From an uncultured Clostridia bacterium (lineage in GTDB: Bacteria > Bacillota > Clostridia > Christensenellales > CAG-314), in contig CANQND010000003.1 of the NCBI GenBank assembly GCA_947625115.1, forward strand, positions 4,738-68,737: a stretch of 64,000 bases of DNA, in the 5' to 3' direction. Positions 1 through 9,636 of the stretch are shown here, one piece after another (within the stretch, counting starts at the first letter, position 1; the number at the start of each line of letters is the position of its first letter). A program made the position numbers and the translations under genes. The notes beneath the pieces were generated by a model, which was not told the DNA's origin, made no database searches, and was given only the letters and a program-made list of their open reading frames with translations.

Positions 1-2
1 TT

Positions 3-2756
3 GAACTAAGCGCGGAAAAAATCTCTTTCGGCTCTCACGGAAAATTCAGCTACACGGTGCAAGCGGATAGCAACTCGGCGCATATCGAACTCACAGCCAC
101 AGCTGGCGGAGAAGAAACCGTTACGTTGCGTATCGCGGGGATAGATTACTCGTTGAAGATAACAGTGGAACTCCCCGCGCACAGCTTGGAAGTTAAGTAC
201 GGCAACACCGTACTCGACAATAACGAAACCTATCCCACGTTGCTCGAAAGCGTTACCCTCACGGTAAATCTTTTGCGTGACGACGGCGTTGTTTCGGAAA
301 CGTCAATTTCCTACTCCGTTGTCGGCGGAGATAGCTCGACTTCGGCGGTGGACGGCAAAACGGCGTCGATCACGGTAGCCATAACGGGCGAAACCGTCCT
401 CACGATAGACAGCGCGCTTTGCCACTACACGGTAACGTTCAGTTCGCGCACGATGTCGCAATTGAACCTTGCCTATCACGTGGAATATTCCGACAACGGC
501 AGAAACATCGAGTTGGATCCTTTCCAATTGGGAACAAAAGAATACGATTACAGTTTGCCCAAAACAAACACGGGTTCTCTTGCAATTTGCATTGAGTGTA
601 CGGACGAAACGTTGCTCGGCGGCTTTACGGAAAAGGCAATGAACTATTTCAGCATAGAGTTCAGCAAGGCGGCTAAAAATTGGCAGTACGAGCGAAACGC
701 CGCTACGGCTAAACTTGTAGTAAGCATTTCTTCCGAAAGCGGATATTACACGGGCGCGACGGTGGTGTTCTCGGCGGGCGACAACAACGCTACGCTTGTG
801 TTCGAGTGTATGGAAGTGGGGCGCGTGGAGTTCTCCGACGGCGTTTTGAGCTTTGACAACGGAAAATCTACCGACGTGTATCTCGGTCAACAGCAGGTGC
901 GCGTGTTCGCAAAACAAAGTTATTACAAGGACGAGGGGGACGTAGATTACTTCCGTATTCCCGTAAAGGCAGTCAAGGACGACGTTTTCGGCGAAAGAGT
1001 AGGACTTGACGCCATCAAATGGGTACTTACCAAGTACGTAGACAGTCAAGCCGTAGAGGTCGTTACCGAGCAATGCGGCAATGAGGTCGTCTACAAAGGA
1101 GTAACTTACACAATCGAACGAGGAAGCGACAAACACTCCGTACTTAAAAAGGACGGCGAAGTAATTGCGGAAAGCGGTCGTTTTGTGAGTGATAACCGCG
1201 TCACTTGGGTGGACGTATACGCCGATGAAAACTACGCGGACATCTACTTCGGCGATTTCGGCGGACTGACGGAAACGGACGTGAGAAACGACTATTTCGG
1301 CAATTTCGGAGAACAAGACGGTTGGAGCAAAACTCCCTCTAACACCAACAACTACGATTTGAGCGGAAGAGATTTCAAAGCCTCGCCAAACGCGTATTCT
1401 TTCCTGCGCGTAGAGGCGGGTAACGGTGCAGAAGACAGCAAAACAAGCGCGCATTTCAACTTTAACGTGCTTGACGGCAACGATGTATTCAACGTGTTTG
1501 ACGCCGAGGGATACTACAACAAGGGTAAAGTTGTCCTGCAAGACAATCTGTACGGTCCTAACGAACTTGACGGCGACCCCAAATTGGCAGAAGCCGAGAA
1601 TAAAAAACTGATTTTGGATAGTGCGGACAAATTGGGTAAAACGTTGATATACGGCAACGGCTATCAAGTCAATTTACAAGCAAAAACCGCCTCAATGGCG
1701 ACTTATAGCGAAAGCGAGGGAATAACGATCAACAGGGCATACAATACCGTTATAAAATGTGCAAACCCCACCGAAGAGATCAGCAACAAATATCAAAAGA
1801 TGACTTTCAGAATGGCATACGCATACTATTGCGATCTGTCCTACTACTACAAATTCAATCCTGACGGCAATGTTTTCTATGCAAAAAATACCGTCTTTTC
1901 CTGCATTCCCAAGGCTGCGGTGCAACTCTATTATGACGGACTGTCTATGTATGCCGAAAATGTCGTTATGACGGAATGTGGAACTGCGATACAAGCAGAT
2001 AACCCAACAGAGCATGATATAAAAATCTATTATAGGGGGAACATTGATATACTCAACTATTTCAACAAAACTGCACTTTCCAACTTGAGCTCCTATATAG
2101 GAATGTTTTACGACATGGTTGTGCCGAGCGTTAAAGATTATTTCGAATGGCACGGAAAACAGATTTCCGCTTACACGTACGATCAAAGTGGAGATGTTGA
2201 TAAGATCTATGTAAATATATTGGCATTTGCCACTTCTAATTTAGCCAACAAGACATATATATGGACGGACGGCGGCGGATACAAGACTATTGAGGACGGC
2301 GGCGGTACACTGAGCGGCGGTGTAAAAATCGCAAATAAGGATCTTATCCCTGATTTCGGTGGAAATTATTTTGCATTGACGTATGAAATGGTGAGTAACA
2401 ATGCGAGATTGGACAATGCAACAGTATCTATGAGCGGCTCAAAATTTACAGGTACGGCAGATATGGATAGCCTGTTTAATACCGAACGTTATATCCGTTT
2501 GCAGTGCGAATTTAAGAAGCCTGACGTAAAGAACTACGACCATATCCTCTGGCACAAGCAAAACGTGTATCGGGATCTATCGCTTATCGATGGAAGAAAA
2601 TCTCACATTGACAACCTCAAAGATTCGTTGAAGAATACGCAGTGGGACGACGGCTCGGGCGTGGGCGGCAACGGCACCCCGTACGAATCTGCCGCACAGC
2701 TTAACGCTGTGATCTCGCAAGCTGTTATACCGAGCAAAAGAAACTACGTTATCTGA
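3..2756 (+). CDS. large secreted/surface protein, 5' end outside the window
   Basis: The frame is open from nt 3 with no stop before the first listed Met at 57, so the gene starts upstream. It encodes more than 899 aa of Thr/Ser/Asn/Gly-rich beta-type sequence with no catalytic motif recognised. Stop TGA is at 2754-2756. Confidence 0.6.
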   Translation, partial: ELSAEKISFGSHGKFSYTVQADSNSAHIELTATAGGEETVTLRIAGIDYSLKITVELPAHSLEVKYGNTVLDNNETYPTLLESVTLTVNLLRDDGVVSETSISYSVVGGDSSTSAVDGKTASITVAITGETVLTIDSALCHYTVTFSSRTMSQLNLAYHVEYSDNGRNIELDPFQLGTKEYDYSLPKTNTGSLAICIECTDETLLGGFTEKAMNYFSIEFSKAAKNWQYERNAATAKLVVSISSESGYYTGATVVFSAGDNNATLVFECMEVGRVEFSDGVLSFDNGKSTDVYLGQQQVRVFAKQSYYKDEGDVDYFRIPVKAVKDDVFGERVGLDAIKWVLTKYVDSQAVEVVTEQCGNEVVYKGVTYTIERGSDKHSVLKKDGEVIAESGRFVSDNRVTWVDVYADENYADIYFGDFGGLTETDVRNDYFGNFGEQDGWSKTPSNTNNYDLSGRDFKASPNAYSFLRVEAGNGAEDSKTSAHFNFNVLDGNDVFNVFDAEGYYNKGKVVLQDNLYGPNELDGDPKLAEAENKKLILDSADKLGKTLIYGNGYQVNLQAKTASMATYSESEGITINRAYNTVIKCANPTEEISNKYQKMTFRMAYAYYCDLSYYYKFNPDGNVFYAKNTVFSCIPKAAVQLYYDGLSMYAENVVMTECGTAIQADNPTEHDIKIYYRGNIDILNYFNKTALSNLSSYIGMFYDMVVPSVKDYFEWHGKQISAYTYDQSGDVDKIYVNILAFATSNLANKTYIWTDGGGYKTIEDGGGTLSGGVKIANKDLIPDFGGNYFALTYEMVSNNARLDNATVSMSGSKFTGTADMDSLFNTERYIRLQCEFKKPDVKNYDHILWHKQNVYRDLSLIDGRKSHIDNLKDSLKNTQWDDGSGVGGNGTPYESAAQLNAVISQAVIPSKRNYVI

Positions 2757-2803
2757 CGTTTTTCCACCCCATTTGCCGTTTTTTGAATGATATTACGTGA
2801 TTT

Positions 2804-2831
2804 CTCTCCCGCTCTTGCGTGAGCGGGAGAG
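2804..2831 (+). terminator. GC-rich hairpin downstream of the surface-protein gene (possible terminator)
   Basis: Perfect 11-bp stem CTCTCCCGCTC/GAGCGGGAGAG with a 6-nt loop. No U-tract follows, so terminator function is uncertain. Confidence 0.35.
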
Positions 2832-2908
2832 CGGTGCGACAACAACCTGCCCATTCTCGGCGGGACGGTAGGGGCGGCAAAGTTCCAAACTAACAAAGGA
2901 GAATTTGA

Positions 2909-3766
2909 ATGAGTGTTGTGAAAATCGGCAACGGCTTCTATTTTCTATATATCGGCTTTGCGGCGATTTTTCTGCTTTTGCTCGTTCTGCTTCTTAAAAG
3001 GAGAAGTCGTAAAACCGTGCGCACGGTGTTGCTTGTTCTCCTGTTTGCCAACCTTGCCTTGCATTACATCAAGCAGGCGTTTCCGCCGTACAGAGAAGAA
3101 TTTCCGTTGTCGCTACGTATGTCTGCTATGCAAAACCTCTGCGCAGTTTCAACGGTTTTGTTGCCCTTTATCTATCTGTTCAAAAAACAAAACGTCTTGC
3201 ACGATTACGCCTATTTTATCGGCGTGATAGGCGGTTTGGTGGCTCTCCTTTATCCTACCGAAACGATCGGAAAGTCGGTTGTCGCATTCGATACGATTCG
3301 TTTTTACCTTTGCCATACCATTCTTTTTGCCGTGCCGATGGCTGCCGCTATACTCGGCGTGTACCGCCCGCGGCTCAAAATGTTTTGGGCTATACCGTTG
3401 CTGTTTTTGGTGTGGCAGGCGTTCATCTGCGCAAACGATTATTTCCTTGTGGCAGTGGGGCTTGTAAAGGGTAGTTTTTCCGACTTGTTAAATCCCGCCT
3501 TTCACAACAGCAGTTTCACCTTTGGAGTTCGACCCGATTTTGCGTGGGCTGCCAAAGTGTTCGATCCTCTTGTGCCGTGGTTTTTCAAAACCGACGCATT
3601 CGGCTTGAACGGCGGCAAACCATTCTATTTTCCCGTCCTTTGGCTCATCGTACCGTCGTTTGTGTTTCTCATTCCTGTTTATATTTTGCTTTCGTCGCCC
3701 TTTTGGATATCGGAAGCGGTAAAGCGCAGACGTAACAAGCGAAAGGGCGTTAAGAACGTCGCCTGA
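2909..3766 (+). CDS. multi-pass integral membrane protein (family uncertain, possibly YwaF/TIGR02206-like)
   Basis: AAAGGAG SD sits 7 nt before the ATG. There are about 7 hydrophobic segments and a basic C-tail KRRRNKRKG. The family guess is from memory only. Confidence 0.7.
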   Translation: MSVVKIGNGFYFLYIGFAAIFLLLLVLLLKRRSRKTVRTVLLVLLFANLALHYIKQAFPPYREEFPLSLRMSAMQNLCAVSTVLLPFIYLFKKQNVLHDYAYFIGVIGGLVALLYPTETIGKSVVAFDTIRFYLCHTILFAVPMAAAILGVYRPRLKMFWAIPLLFLVWQAFICANDYFLVAVGLVKGSFSDLLNPAFHNSSFTFGVRPDFAWAAKVFDPLVPWFFKTDAFGLNGGKPFYFPVLWLIVPSFVFLIPVYILLSSPFWISEAVKRRRNKRKGVKNVA

Positions 3767-3859
3767 CCCGACAAAACGGGTAGTGCCGAGAAAGGGCAAC
3801 TCGGAACGTCAGAAAAACAAATTATCTTTATGAAGTAGTATAAAAATGGGGGCAAACCT

Positions 3860-4279
3860 ATGGTAAAAAATTATTTGCATAAAGTTCAGTACTACGAAAC
3901 GGACAAAATGGGCGTAACACATCACTCAAACTATCTGCGTTTTATGGAAGAAGCGCGCGTCGATTTTCTTGAACAGATAGGTTACGGTTACGACCGAATG
4001 GAAAAGGAGGGACTTGTTTCTCCCGTTATATCTGTCAACGTCAATTACGTCAGACCCACAACTTTCGGCGACAAATTGCAAATTGCCGTCAAGGTGAAAA
4101 ACGTAACGGCGGTAAAACTTACCATAGATTATACTATGACCTGCAACGGCGACGTGGTGTGCGCGGCTACAAGCACGCATTGTTTTGTGGACAAAAACTC
4201 CCGCCCGATTTCTCTCAAACGCGTAAATCCGCAACTGTTTGAGTTGTTGTCCTCTTTGGCGGAAGCAAAAGACATTTAG
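3860..4279 (+). CDS. acyl-CoA thioesterase, YbgC/4HBT hotdog family
   Basis: The N-terminal YYETDKMGVTHHSNYLRFMEEAR matches the 4HBT active-site region. The 139-aa size is typical of the family. Confidence 0.8.
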   Translation: MVKNYLHKVQYYETDKMGVTHHSNYLRFMEEARVDFLEQIGYGYDRMEKEGLVSPVISVNVNYVRPTTFGDKLQIAVKVKNVTAVKLTIDYTMTCNGDVVCAATSTHCFVDKNSRPISLKRVNPQLFELLSSLAEAKDI

Positions 4280-4298
4280 CGACGTTATTTCTATGCGA

Positions 4299-4329
4299 GC
4301 GGTCCGAAAGTGTTTCGGGCTGCTTTTTT
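4299..4329 (+). terminator. intrinsic terminator after the thioesterase gene
   Basis: Stem GCGGTCCGAAA/TTTCGGGCTGC followed by TTTTTT. Confidence 0.6.
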
Positions 4330-4463
4330 GTACGAAAACCAAAAGCGCGTTGGCGTTGGGGCGCATAGTTTTGCGGTATTTTATTTACGTAATTTTTTGT
4401 TTCGACGGCTTTCGACAGGTTGCGGCGACTGAAAATAAATTTTCTGTTTTTTGCGCAAATTTG

Positions 4464-4492
4464 TTGTGTAACTCAAAAACAAGTGGTATAAT
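4464..4492 (+). promoter_or_regulatory. sigmaA-type promoter of copA
   Basis: TTGTGT, 17-nt spacer, TATAAT, with TGG immediately upstream of the -10 box. It lies 30 nt before the copA ATG. Confidence 0.5.
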
Positions 4493-4496
4493 ATAC

Positions 4497-4515
4497 ATAC
4501 ACGGGGAGGGGGTAT
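4497..4515 (+). promoter_or_regulatory. candidate CsoR operator
   Basis: ATACACGGGGAGGGGGTAT has the ATAC...GTAT arms around G-tracts typical of CsoR operators. It lies between the -10 box and the copA start. Confidence 0.5.
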
Positions 4516-4521
4516 GCCTCT

Positions 4522-7029
4522 ATGAAACAAAAATTCAATGTAACGGGAATGACTTGTTCGGCGTGTTCCGCTCATGTTGAAAAAGCCGTCGCCAAAGTAA
4601 AGGGCGTACAGAGCGTTGCGGTGAGTTTGCTTACCAACAGTATGACGGTGGAGTACGACGAACGCGCAGTCAACGCAAGGGCAATTTGTTCCGCAGTGAA
4701 AAAGAGCGGTTACGGCGCAAGCGTTGCGGGCGAATCGAAAGGCACAACGGAGCAAAACGCAAACAACGTAACTCTTTCGCGATTGATAATTTCGCTGGTT
4801 TTTTGCGTGGTGCTTATGTACTTTTCAATGGGACATATGATAGGTATTCCGTTGCCGTCTTTTTTGTCGGGCGCGTCCAACGCCGTTTCGCTTGCTTTGG
4901 TTCAGCTGATATTGTGTTTGCCCGTTTGGTTTGTAAATATCAGATATTTCACCGTGGGGTTCAAGCGGTTGTTCAAGGGTTCGCCCAATATGGACAGTTT
5001 GATAGCCGTGGGTTCCGCCGCAAGCGCGATATATGCCGTAGCGGTAACTTTTGTTATGAGCTACGCTTTGGGCAAGGGAGATATGGCGACGGTGGAAAAA
5101 TATAGGCATTTGCTGTATTTCGAATCTTCGTCGATGATTTTGGCTCTTGTGGATCTCGGCAAATATTTTGAGGGACGGAGCAAGGTCAAAACGGCCGACG
5201 CGCTTGCCAAATTGCGCAAACTTGCCCCCGAAAAGGCTATTTTGCTCACGGACGACGGCGAAACGGAAGTGGACGGCAAAACGCTTAAAGCGGGCGACTT
5301 GGTGGCGGTGAAAGCGGGAATGTCTTTTCCTGCGGACGGAAAGGTGGTTTTCGGAAGTTGTTTCGCCGACGAAAGCAGCGTAAGCGGAGAAAGTCTGCCC
5401 GTGGAAAAACAGACGGACGGGTTTGTTATCGGCGGGACGGTGTGCGTCGGCGGATATGTCAAGGTGCGCGTAACAACGGTGGGGCAGGACAGCGTTTTGG
5501 AAAAAATCATTTCTTTGGTGGAAGAAGCGGGAACGTCCAAAGCACCGATACAGCGTTTGGCGGACAAGATTTCCGCAGTGTTTGTGCCGATAGTTATGTC
5601 CATTGCGTTGATAACGTTTATCGTGTGGCTGTGCGTGGGCGCGCCGCTATCGACCGCGCTCAACTACGGAGTGTCGGTGTTGGTCATTTCCTGCCCGTGC
5701 GCGTTGGGCTTGGCAACGCCCGTCGCGATAATGGTTGCCACGGGTAAGGGCGCGGAAAACGGTATCTTGGTAAAAAACGGCGAGATACTCGAACGACTTG
5801 CCGACATAAAACAAGTGGTGCTGGACAAGACGGGTACGGTTACGCTCGGCAAACCGTATGTACAAGATTTTTCCACCCCATATAGCGAAAATGAGTTTTT
5901 CGCGATAGTTGCGGGCATAGAAAAGCAAAGCGAACACCCTTTGGGAAAAGCCGTTGTGGAGTACGCCGAGCGTTTGGGAGTTGCGTTGCGCGAACCCGAT
6001 GATTTTCAAACTTCGGCGGGGCGCGGCGTCATTGCGCAAATAGACGGCAAAGCGTACGCAATAGGAAACAAACGCTTGATGGACGAGCAGAATGTTTCCG
6101 AAAAGGACTACTCAGAACAGCTTGAAAGTTATTCTCAACGCGCGCTTACCTGTTTGTTGGTTTCCTGCAACGGGCAGTACGTTGGTATTATCGGCGTGGG
6201 CGACGAAATAAAACCCACTTCCAAAGAGGCTGTTTCGCTTCTGAAAGCGCAGGGTATCAAACCCGTTTTGTTGACGGGCGACGGAAAGTTGGCGGCGAAA
6301 GCCGTCTGCAACGAATTGGGCGTAGACGACTTTTACGCCGAAGTGTTGCCCGATCAAAAGGAACAAAAGATACGTGACCTGAAAAACGACGGCGTTACCG
6401 CAATGGTGGGCGACGGAATAAACGACGCTCCCGCTTTGACTCGCGCGGACGTAGGTTTTGCCGTTGCAAGCGGAGCGGATATAGCCCTTGACAGCGCGGA
6501 CGTGCTGTTGTTGAAAAACGACGTGCGCGACGTGTCCACGGCAATAGAACTAAGCGCAAAAACAAAGCGCAATATAAAGCAAAATCTGTTTTGGGCGTTT
6601 TTCTACAACGCATTGGGCATACCGCTTGCCGCGGGAGTACTGTCTATGCCGCCCGTCAATTTGTCGCTCAGCCCGATGATAGCGGCGGCGGCGATGAGTT
6701 TGAGCAGTTTGTTTGTAGTTACAAACGCTTTGAGATTGAGATTTTTCAAACCGCATTCTTTTGCGGCTAAAACAAACAAAACAAAATCAAATAACAAAGA
6801 AAAGGAGGCAGTTACAATGAAATATCAAATCGGTATCGAGGGAATGATGTGCGAGCATTGCACGTCGCGCGTACAAAAAGAGCTTTTGTCCGTTCGCGGC
6901 GTTGTAAGCGCAGAGGTCAGCCTCGAAAACAAAAGTGCGATTGTCGAGGTGAAAAAAGCCAACCCGTCCGCGCTCAAAAAAGCCGTTGAAAAAGCAGGCT
7001 ACAACGTAACGGAGGTGACCCAACTATGA
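4522..7029 (+). CDS. copA: copper-translocating P1B-type ATPase with N- and C-terminal HMA domains
   Basis: N-terminal HMA GMTCSACSAHVEKA, CPC in ISCPCALGLATP, DKTGTVT phosphorylation site, and GDGINDAP. An additional C-terminal HMA carries GMMCEHCTSRVQKE. Confidence 0.93.
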   Translation: MKQKFNVTGMTCSACSAHVEKAVAKVKGVQSVAVSLLTNSMTVEYDERAVNARAICSAVKKSGYGASVAGESKGTTEQNANNVTLSRLIISLVFCVVLMYFSMGHMIGIPLPSFLSGASNAVSLALVQLILCLPVWFVNIRYFTVGFKRLFKGSPNMDSLIAVGSAASAIYAVAVTFVMSYALGKGDMATVEKYRHLLYFESSSMILALVDLGKYFEGRSKVKTADALAKLRKLAPEKAILLTDDGETEVDGKTLKAGDLVAVKAGMSFPADGKVVFGSCFADESSVSGESLPVEKQTDGFVIGGTVCVGGYVKVRVTTVGQDSVLEKIISLVEEAGTSKAPIQRLADKISAVFVPIVMSIALITFIVWLCVGAPLSTALNYGVSVLVISCPCALGLATPVAIMVATGKGAENGILVKNGEILERLADIKQVVLDKTGTVTLGKPYVQDFSTPYSENEFFAIVAGIEKQSEHPLGKAVVEYAERLGVALREPDDFQTSAGRGVIAQIDGKAYAIGNKRLMDEQNVSEKDYSEQLESYSQRALTCLLVSCNGQYVGIIGVGDEIKPTSKEAVSLLKAQGIKPVLLTGDGKLAAKAVCNELGVDDFYAEVLPDQKEQKIRDLKNDGVTAMVGDGINDAPALTRADVGFAVASGADIALDSADVLLLKNDVRDVSTAIELSAKTKRNIKQNLFWAFFYNALGIPLAAGVLSMPPVNLSLSPMIAAAAMSLSSLFVVTNALRLRFFKPHSFAAKTNKTKSNNKEKEAVTMKYQIGIEGMMCEHCTSRVQKELLSVRGVVSAEVSLENKSAIVEVKKANPSALKKAVEKAGYNVTEVTQL

Positions 7030-7283
7030 CGGCGGACAAACAAAAAGTAGTGCGCCTGTTGAGAACGGCGCGCGGTCAAATGGACGGTATTCTCAAAATG
7101 ATAGACGAAAACAGATATTGTATCGACATTTCCAACCAAATCTTGGCGTGTCAGGCGGTGATGTCAAAGGTAAATCGAGAAGTTTTGAAAGCTCACCTTG
7201 CCAACTGCGTGCTTAACGGCGACAAAGAGGACAGCAAAGCCAAACTCGAAGAAATTGCCAAAATCTTGGAGCAACTGCTTTGA
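7026..7283 (+). CDS. csoR: CsoR-family copper-sensing repressor
   Basis: The 85-aa product has Cys in RYCIDIS and H-x3-C in KAHLANC, matching the x-C-H-C ligand pattern. Its ATG overlaps the copA stop (ATGA). Confidence 0.88.
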   Translation: MTADKQKVVRLLRTARGQMDGILKMIDENRYCIDISNQILACQAVMSKVNREVLKAHLANCVLNGDKEDSKAKLEEIAKILEQLL

Positions 7284-7316
7284 CGTAGAAAGAATTGCTT
7301 GTATTCCCAATATAAT

Positions 7317-7604
7317 ATGGGTATGAGCAATTCTTTTTTGCAGTGCGTCGCGGATATTTGCGGCGAAGAACTTACAACTCTTATAAACAACTACAAGTAC
7401 TCCGTCTACGGCGGCAATACGCTGGTGGTGGAGGGTCACAAGGGAATATCCGAATACGGCTTGAAATGCGTTTCGTTTGCCTTGCCTAAGTCCGTTTTGA
7501 CCGTGACGGGTGACGATTTGCGCATAAAGTATCTTGAAAAGAACTTCGCCGTCGTTGTGGGATGCATACGGTCTGTGGAGGTGTCTTATGAAAAACAGAT
7601 GTAA
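7317..7604 (+). CDS. yqfC: sporulation protein YqfC (YabP family)
   Basis: LVVEGHKGISEY...LTVTGDDLRIKYLEKNFAVVVGCIRSVEV fits the YabP/YqfC pattern, and the gene sits directly upstream of yqfD. The start is uncertain (TTG 7299, ATG 7317 or ATG 7323) and there is no clear SD. Confidence 0.7.
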   Translation: MGMSNSFLQCVADICGEELTTLINNYKYSVYGGNTLVVEGHKGISEYGLKCVSFALPKSVLTVTGDDLRIKYLEKNFAVVVGCIRSVEVSYEKQM

Positions 7605-8670
7605 GATTGCCTTTGAGGGACTGAATATCAACAGGTTGTTGGGCTATTTGACTAAGCAAAATATACCTGTTTTTTCCGTACGCCGCGAGGGTAAGCAATG
7701 CGCAATCGAAGTTCCTTACAGACGTTCAAAGCAGACTATTGCAATATTACGAGAAAGGTGCTATAATATACTTGGTATAGAATATATTGGGCTGTCCAAA
7801 GGGGCAAAATTTGTGCAAAAACACTTTGTTTTGCCCATAGTGTGCGCGATAACGGCATTGGCTTTGACGATTTCGTCGCAGTTTTGTTTTGTTATCCGAG
7901 TAAACGGCGATTTTGAAAGTTCCTGCGTTACGGCGGCATTGAACAACGTCGGCGTAAAAGTAGGCGTCAATTTACACACACTAAACCTGAAATCCGTTCA
8001 AAACGCGCTTGCAAACGAGTTGAACGCCGACTACGTGTCGGTGGTAAGGCGCGGAAGCGTTCTGTATGTGGACGCCGCCGCCAAGAAAGAAATATCTCCG
8101 CCGATAGATTTGTCGGTCAAGAGGAACTTGGTCGCCACCTGTTCTGGTACGGTAAAATCTCTCGTCTGCGAACTCGGAACGCCCGCGGTAAAAGTGGGCG
8201 ACATTGTAAACAAAGGCGACGTTTTGATAGAGGGTTGCCGTACTTTCAACGACGGAACGAGTTGCGACGTGTACGCTTTGGGCAGGGTTGTTCTAACGGT
8301 ATCTTCCGACGGCTTTGCCCCATTTGACGGCACAAAAGATGTGTTTGTGGAAACGGGCGAAACGTTTTGTTCGGTGGGAGTTGTGCTTTTCGGCAAAGAA
8401 TATTCGCGTAAATGTCCCTTTGAAAACTACAATCTTTCCGCAGAAAGCACAAGTTTGTTTCCTTTGAACATCGAAATAAGGAAAAACACTTATCGCGAAA
8501 CGGTCAAAAGGCGCGTTACGGCAACAATGGAAGAGTGTATGGAACTGTTGCGGCAACAAGCGTACGCAGACGCGCTTTCTCGAAGCGATTTCGAGGTAAC
8601 AACGGAGGAATACGTCGTTCGACCCGACGGGGTCGCAGTAAAATTGTACGGAGAAGTACAAGTGGAATGA
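7588..8670 (+). CDS. yqfD: sporulation protein YqfD
   Basis: About 360 aa with one TM segment, placed between yqfC and phoH as in Bacillus. The start is moved to ATG 7588, which has GGAGG 5 nt upstream. Confidence 0.75.
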   Translation: MKNRCKIAFEGLNINRLLGYLTKQNIPVFSVRREGKQCAIEVPYRRSKQTIAILRERCYNILGIEYIGLSKGAKFVQKHFVLPIVCAITALALTISSQFCFVIRVNGDFESSCVTAALNNVGVKVGVNLHTLNLKSVQNALANELNADYVSVVRRGSVLYVDAAAKKEISPPIDLSVKRNLVATCSGTVKSLVCELGTPAVKVGDIVNKGDVLIEGCRTFNDGTSCDVYALGRVVLTVSSDGFAPFDGTKDVFVETGETFCSVGVVLFGKEYSRKCPFENYNLSAESTSLFPLNIEIRKNTYRETVKRRVTATMEECMELLRQQAYADALSRSDFEVTTEEYVVRPDGVAVKLYGEVQVE

Positions 8671-8685
8671 TCGGGAGGAAATTTT

Positions 8686-9636
8686 TTGCTGTTTCAAAAA
8701 ATAAAAGTTGACTCTATGGACGAGTTGATGAAACTGTTCGGTCCGTTTGACGAAAACATAAAGGCTATTTGCGCGGCGTTTGACGTCAAAGTCGTTATGC
8801 AAGAGGGAGAAAGCAGTCTTTACGGCGAGGCGGAAAACGTGGCAAAGGCAAGCCGCGTAGTGGACAAATTGAGAAACTTCATAGCAAGCGGCGATGAAAT
8901 CGATATTGGGCGCGTAAATTACCTGTGCGATCTTGCAAAAATGGACAAGCTGGAAGACGCCGACGAATTGATGGGCGACGTGGTGTCCATAACTTCTCGC
9001 GGCAAGCCGATAAAGTGCAAAACCGTCGGGCAGAAAAAGTACGTGGACGTTATGAAGAAAAACACGATCACTTTCGGCGTCGGTCCCGCAGGTACGGGAA
9101 AAACGTACCTTGCGGTTGCAATCGCAGTAAACGCGCTCAAAGCCAAGCAGGTGGAAAAAATAATTTTGACCCGTCCTGCCGTGGAAGCGGGCGAAAAACT
9201 CGGCTTTTTGCCGGGGGACTTGCAGGAAAAGGTTACGCCCTATCTCAGACCGCTGTATGACGCGTTGCAGGAATTGTTGGGTATGGACAGTTACGCAAAA
9301 CTTATGGAACGCGGCACAATAGAGATCGCTCCCTTGGCATATATGCGCGGACGCACGCTCAACAATGCGTTTGTCATTTTGGACGAAGCTCAAAATACCA
9401 CCCGCGAACAAATCAAAATGTTTTTGACAAGATTGGGCGAAGGCAGTAAAATGGTGGTAACGGGCGATTTGACCCAGATAGACTTGCCAAAAGGTCTTAC
9501 TTCGGGGTTAAGACACGCAATAAAGGTTTTGAAAGACATCGAAGATATAGGAATAATTCGTTTGAATGAAAGAGATGTTGTGCGCCACCCGTTGGTGCAG
9601 AAGATCGTCAAAGCATACGAAACAGAGGAAAAATAA
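8686..9636 (+). CDS. phoH: PhoH-family ATPase
   Basis: Walker A GPAGTGKTYLAVA and ILDEAQN. TTG start with GGGAGG SD 6 nt upstream. Confidence 0.9.
   Translation: MLFQKIKVDSMDELMKLFGPFDENIKAICAAFDVKVVMQEGESSLYGEAENVAKASRVVDKLRNFIASGDEIDIGRVNYLCDLAKMDKLEDADELMGDVVSITSRGKPIKCKTVGQKKYVDVMKKNTITFGVGPAGTGKTYLAVAIAVNALKAKQVEKIILTRPAVEAGEKLGFLPGDLQEKVTPYLRPLYDALQELLGMDSYAKLMERGTIEIAPLAYMRGRTLNNAFVILDEAQNTTREQIKMFLTRLGEGSKMVVTGDLTQIDLPKGLTSGLRHAIKVLKDIEDIGIIRLNERDVVRHPLVQKIVKAYETEEK

Noticed and set aside
2832-2908. GC-rich 5' leader of the membrane-protein gene (GGCGGGACGGTAGGGGCGGC) considered as a guanidine/ykkC-type riboswitch
   Set aside because: I could not build paired hairpins with ACGR loops or any other conserved riboswitch core. 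It only shows superficial G-richness.
4239-4755. ORFs at 4239-4580 (+) and 4381-4755 (-) in the copA upstream region
   Set aside because: They span a terminator, the copA promoter and operator, and the copA 5' end. They have no SD, and the translated sequences are implausible.
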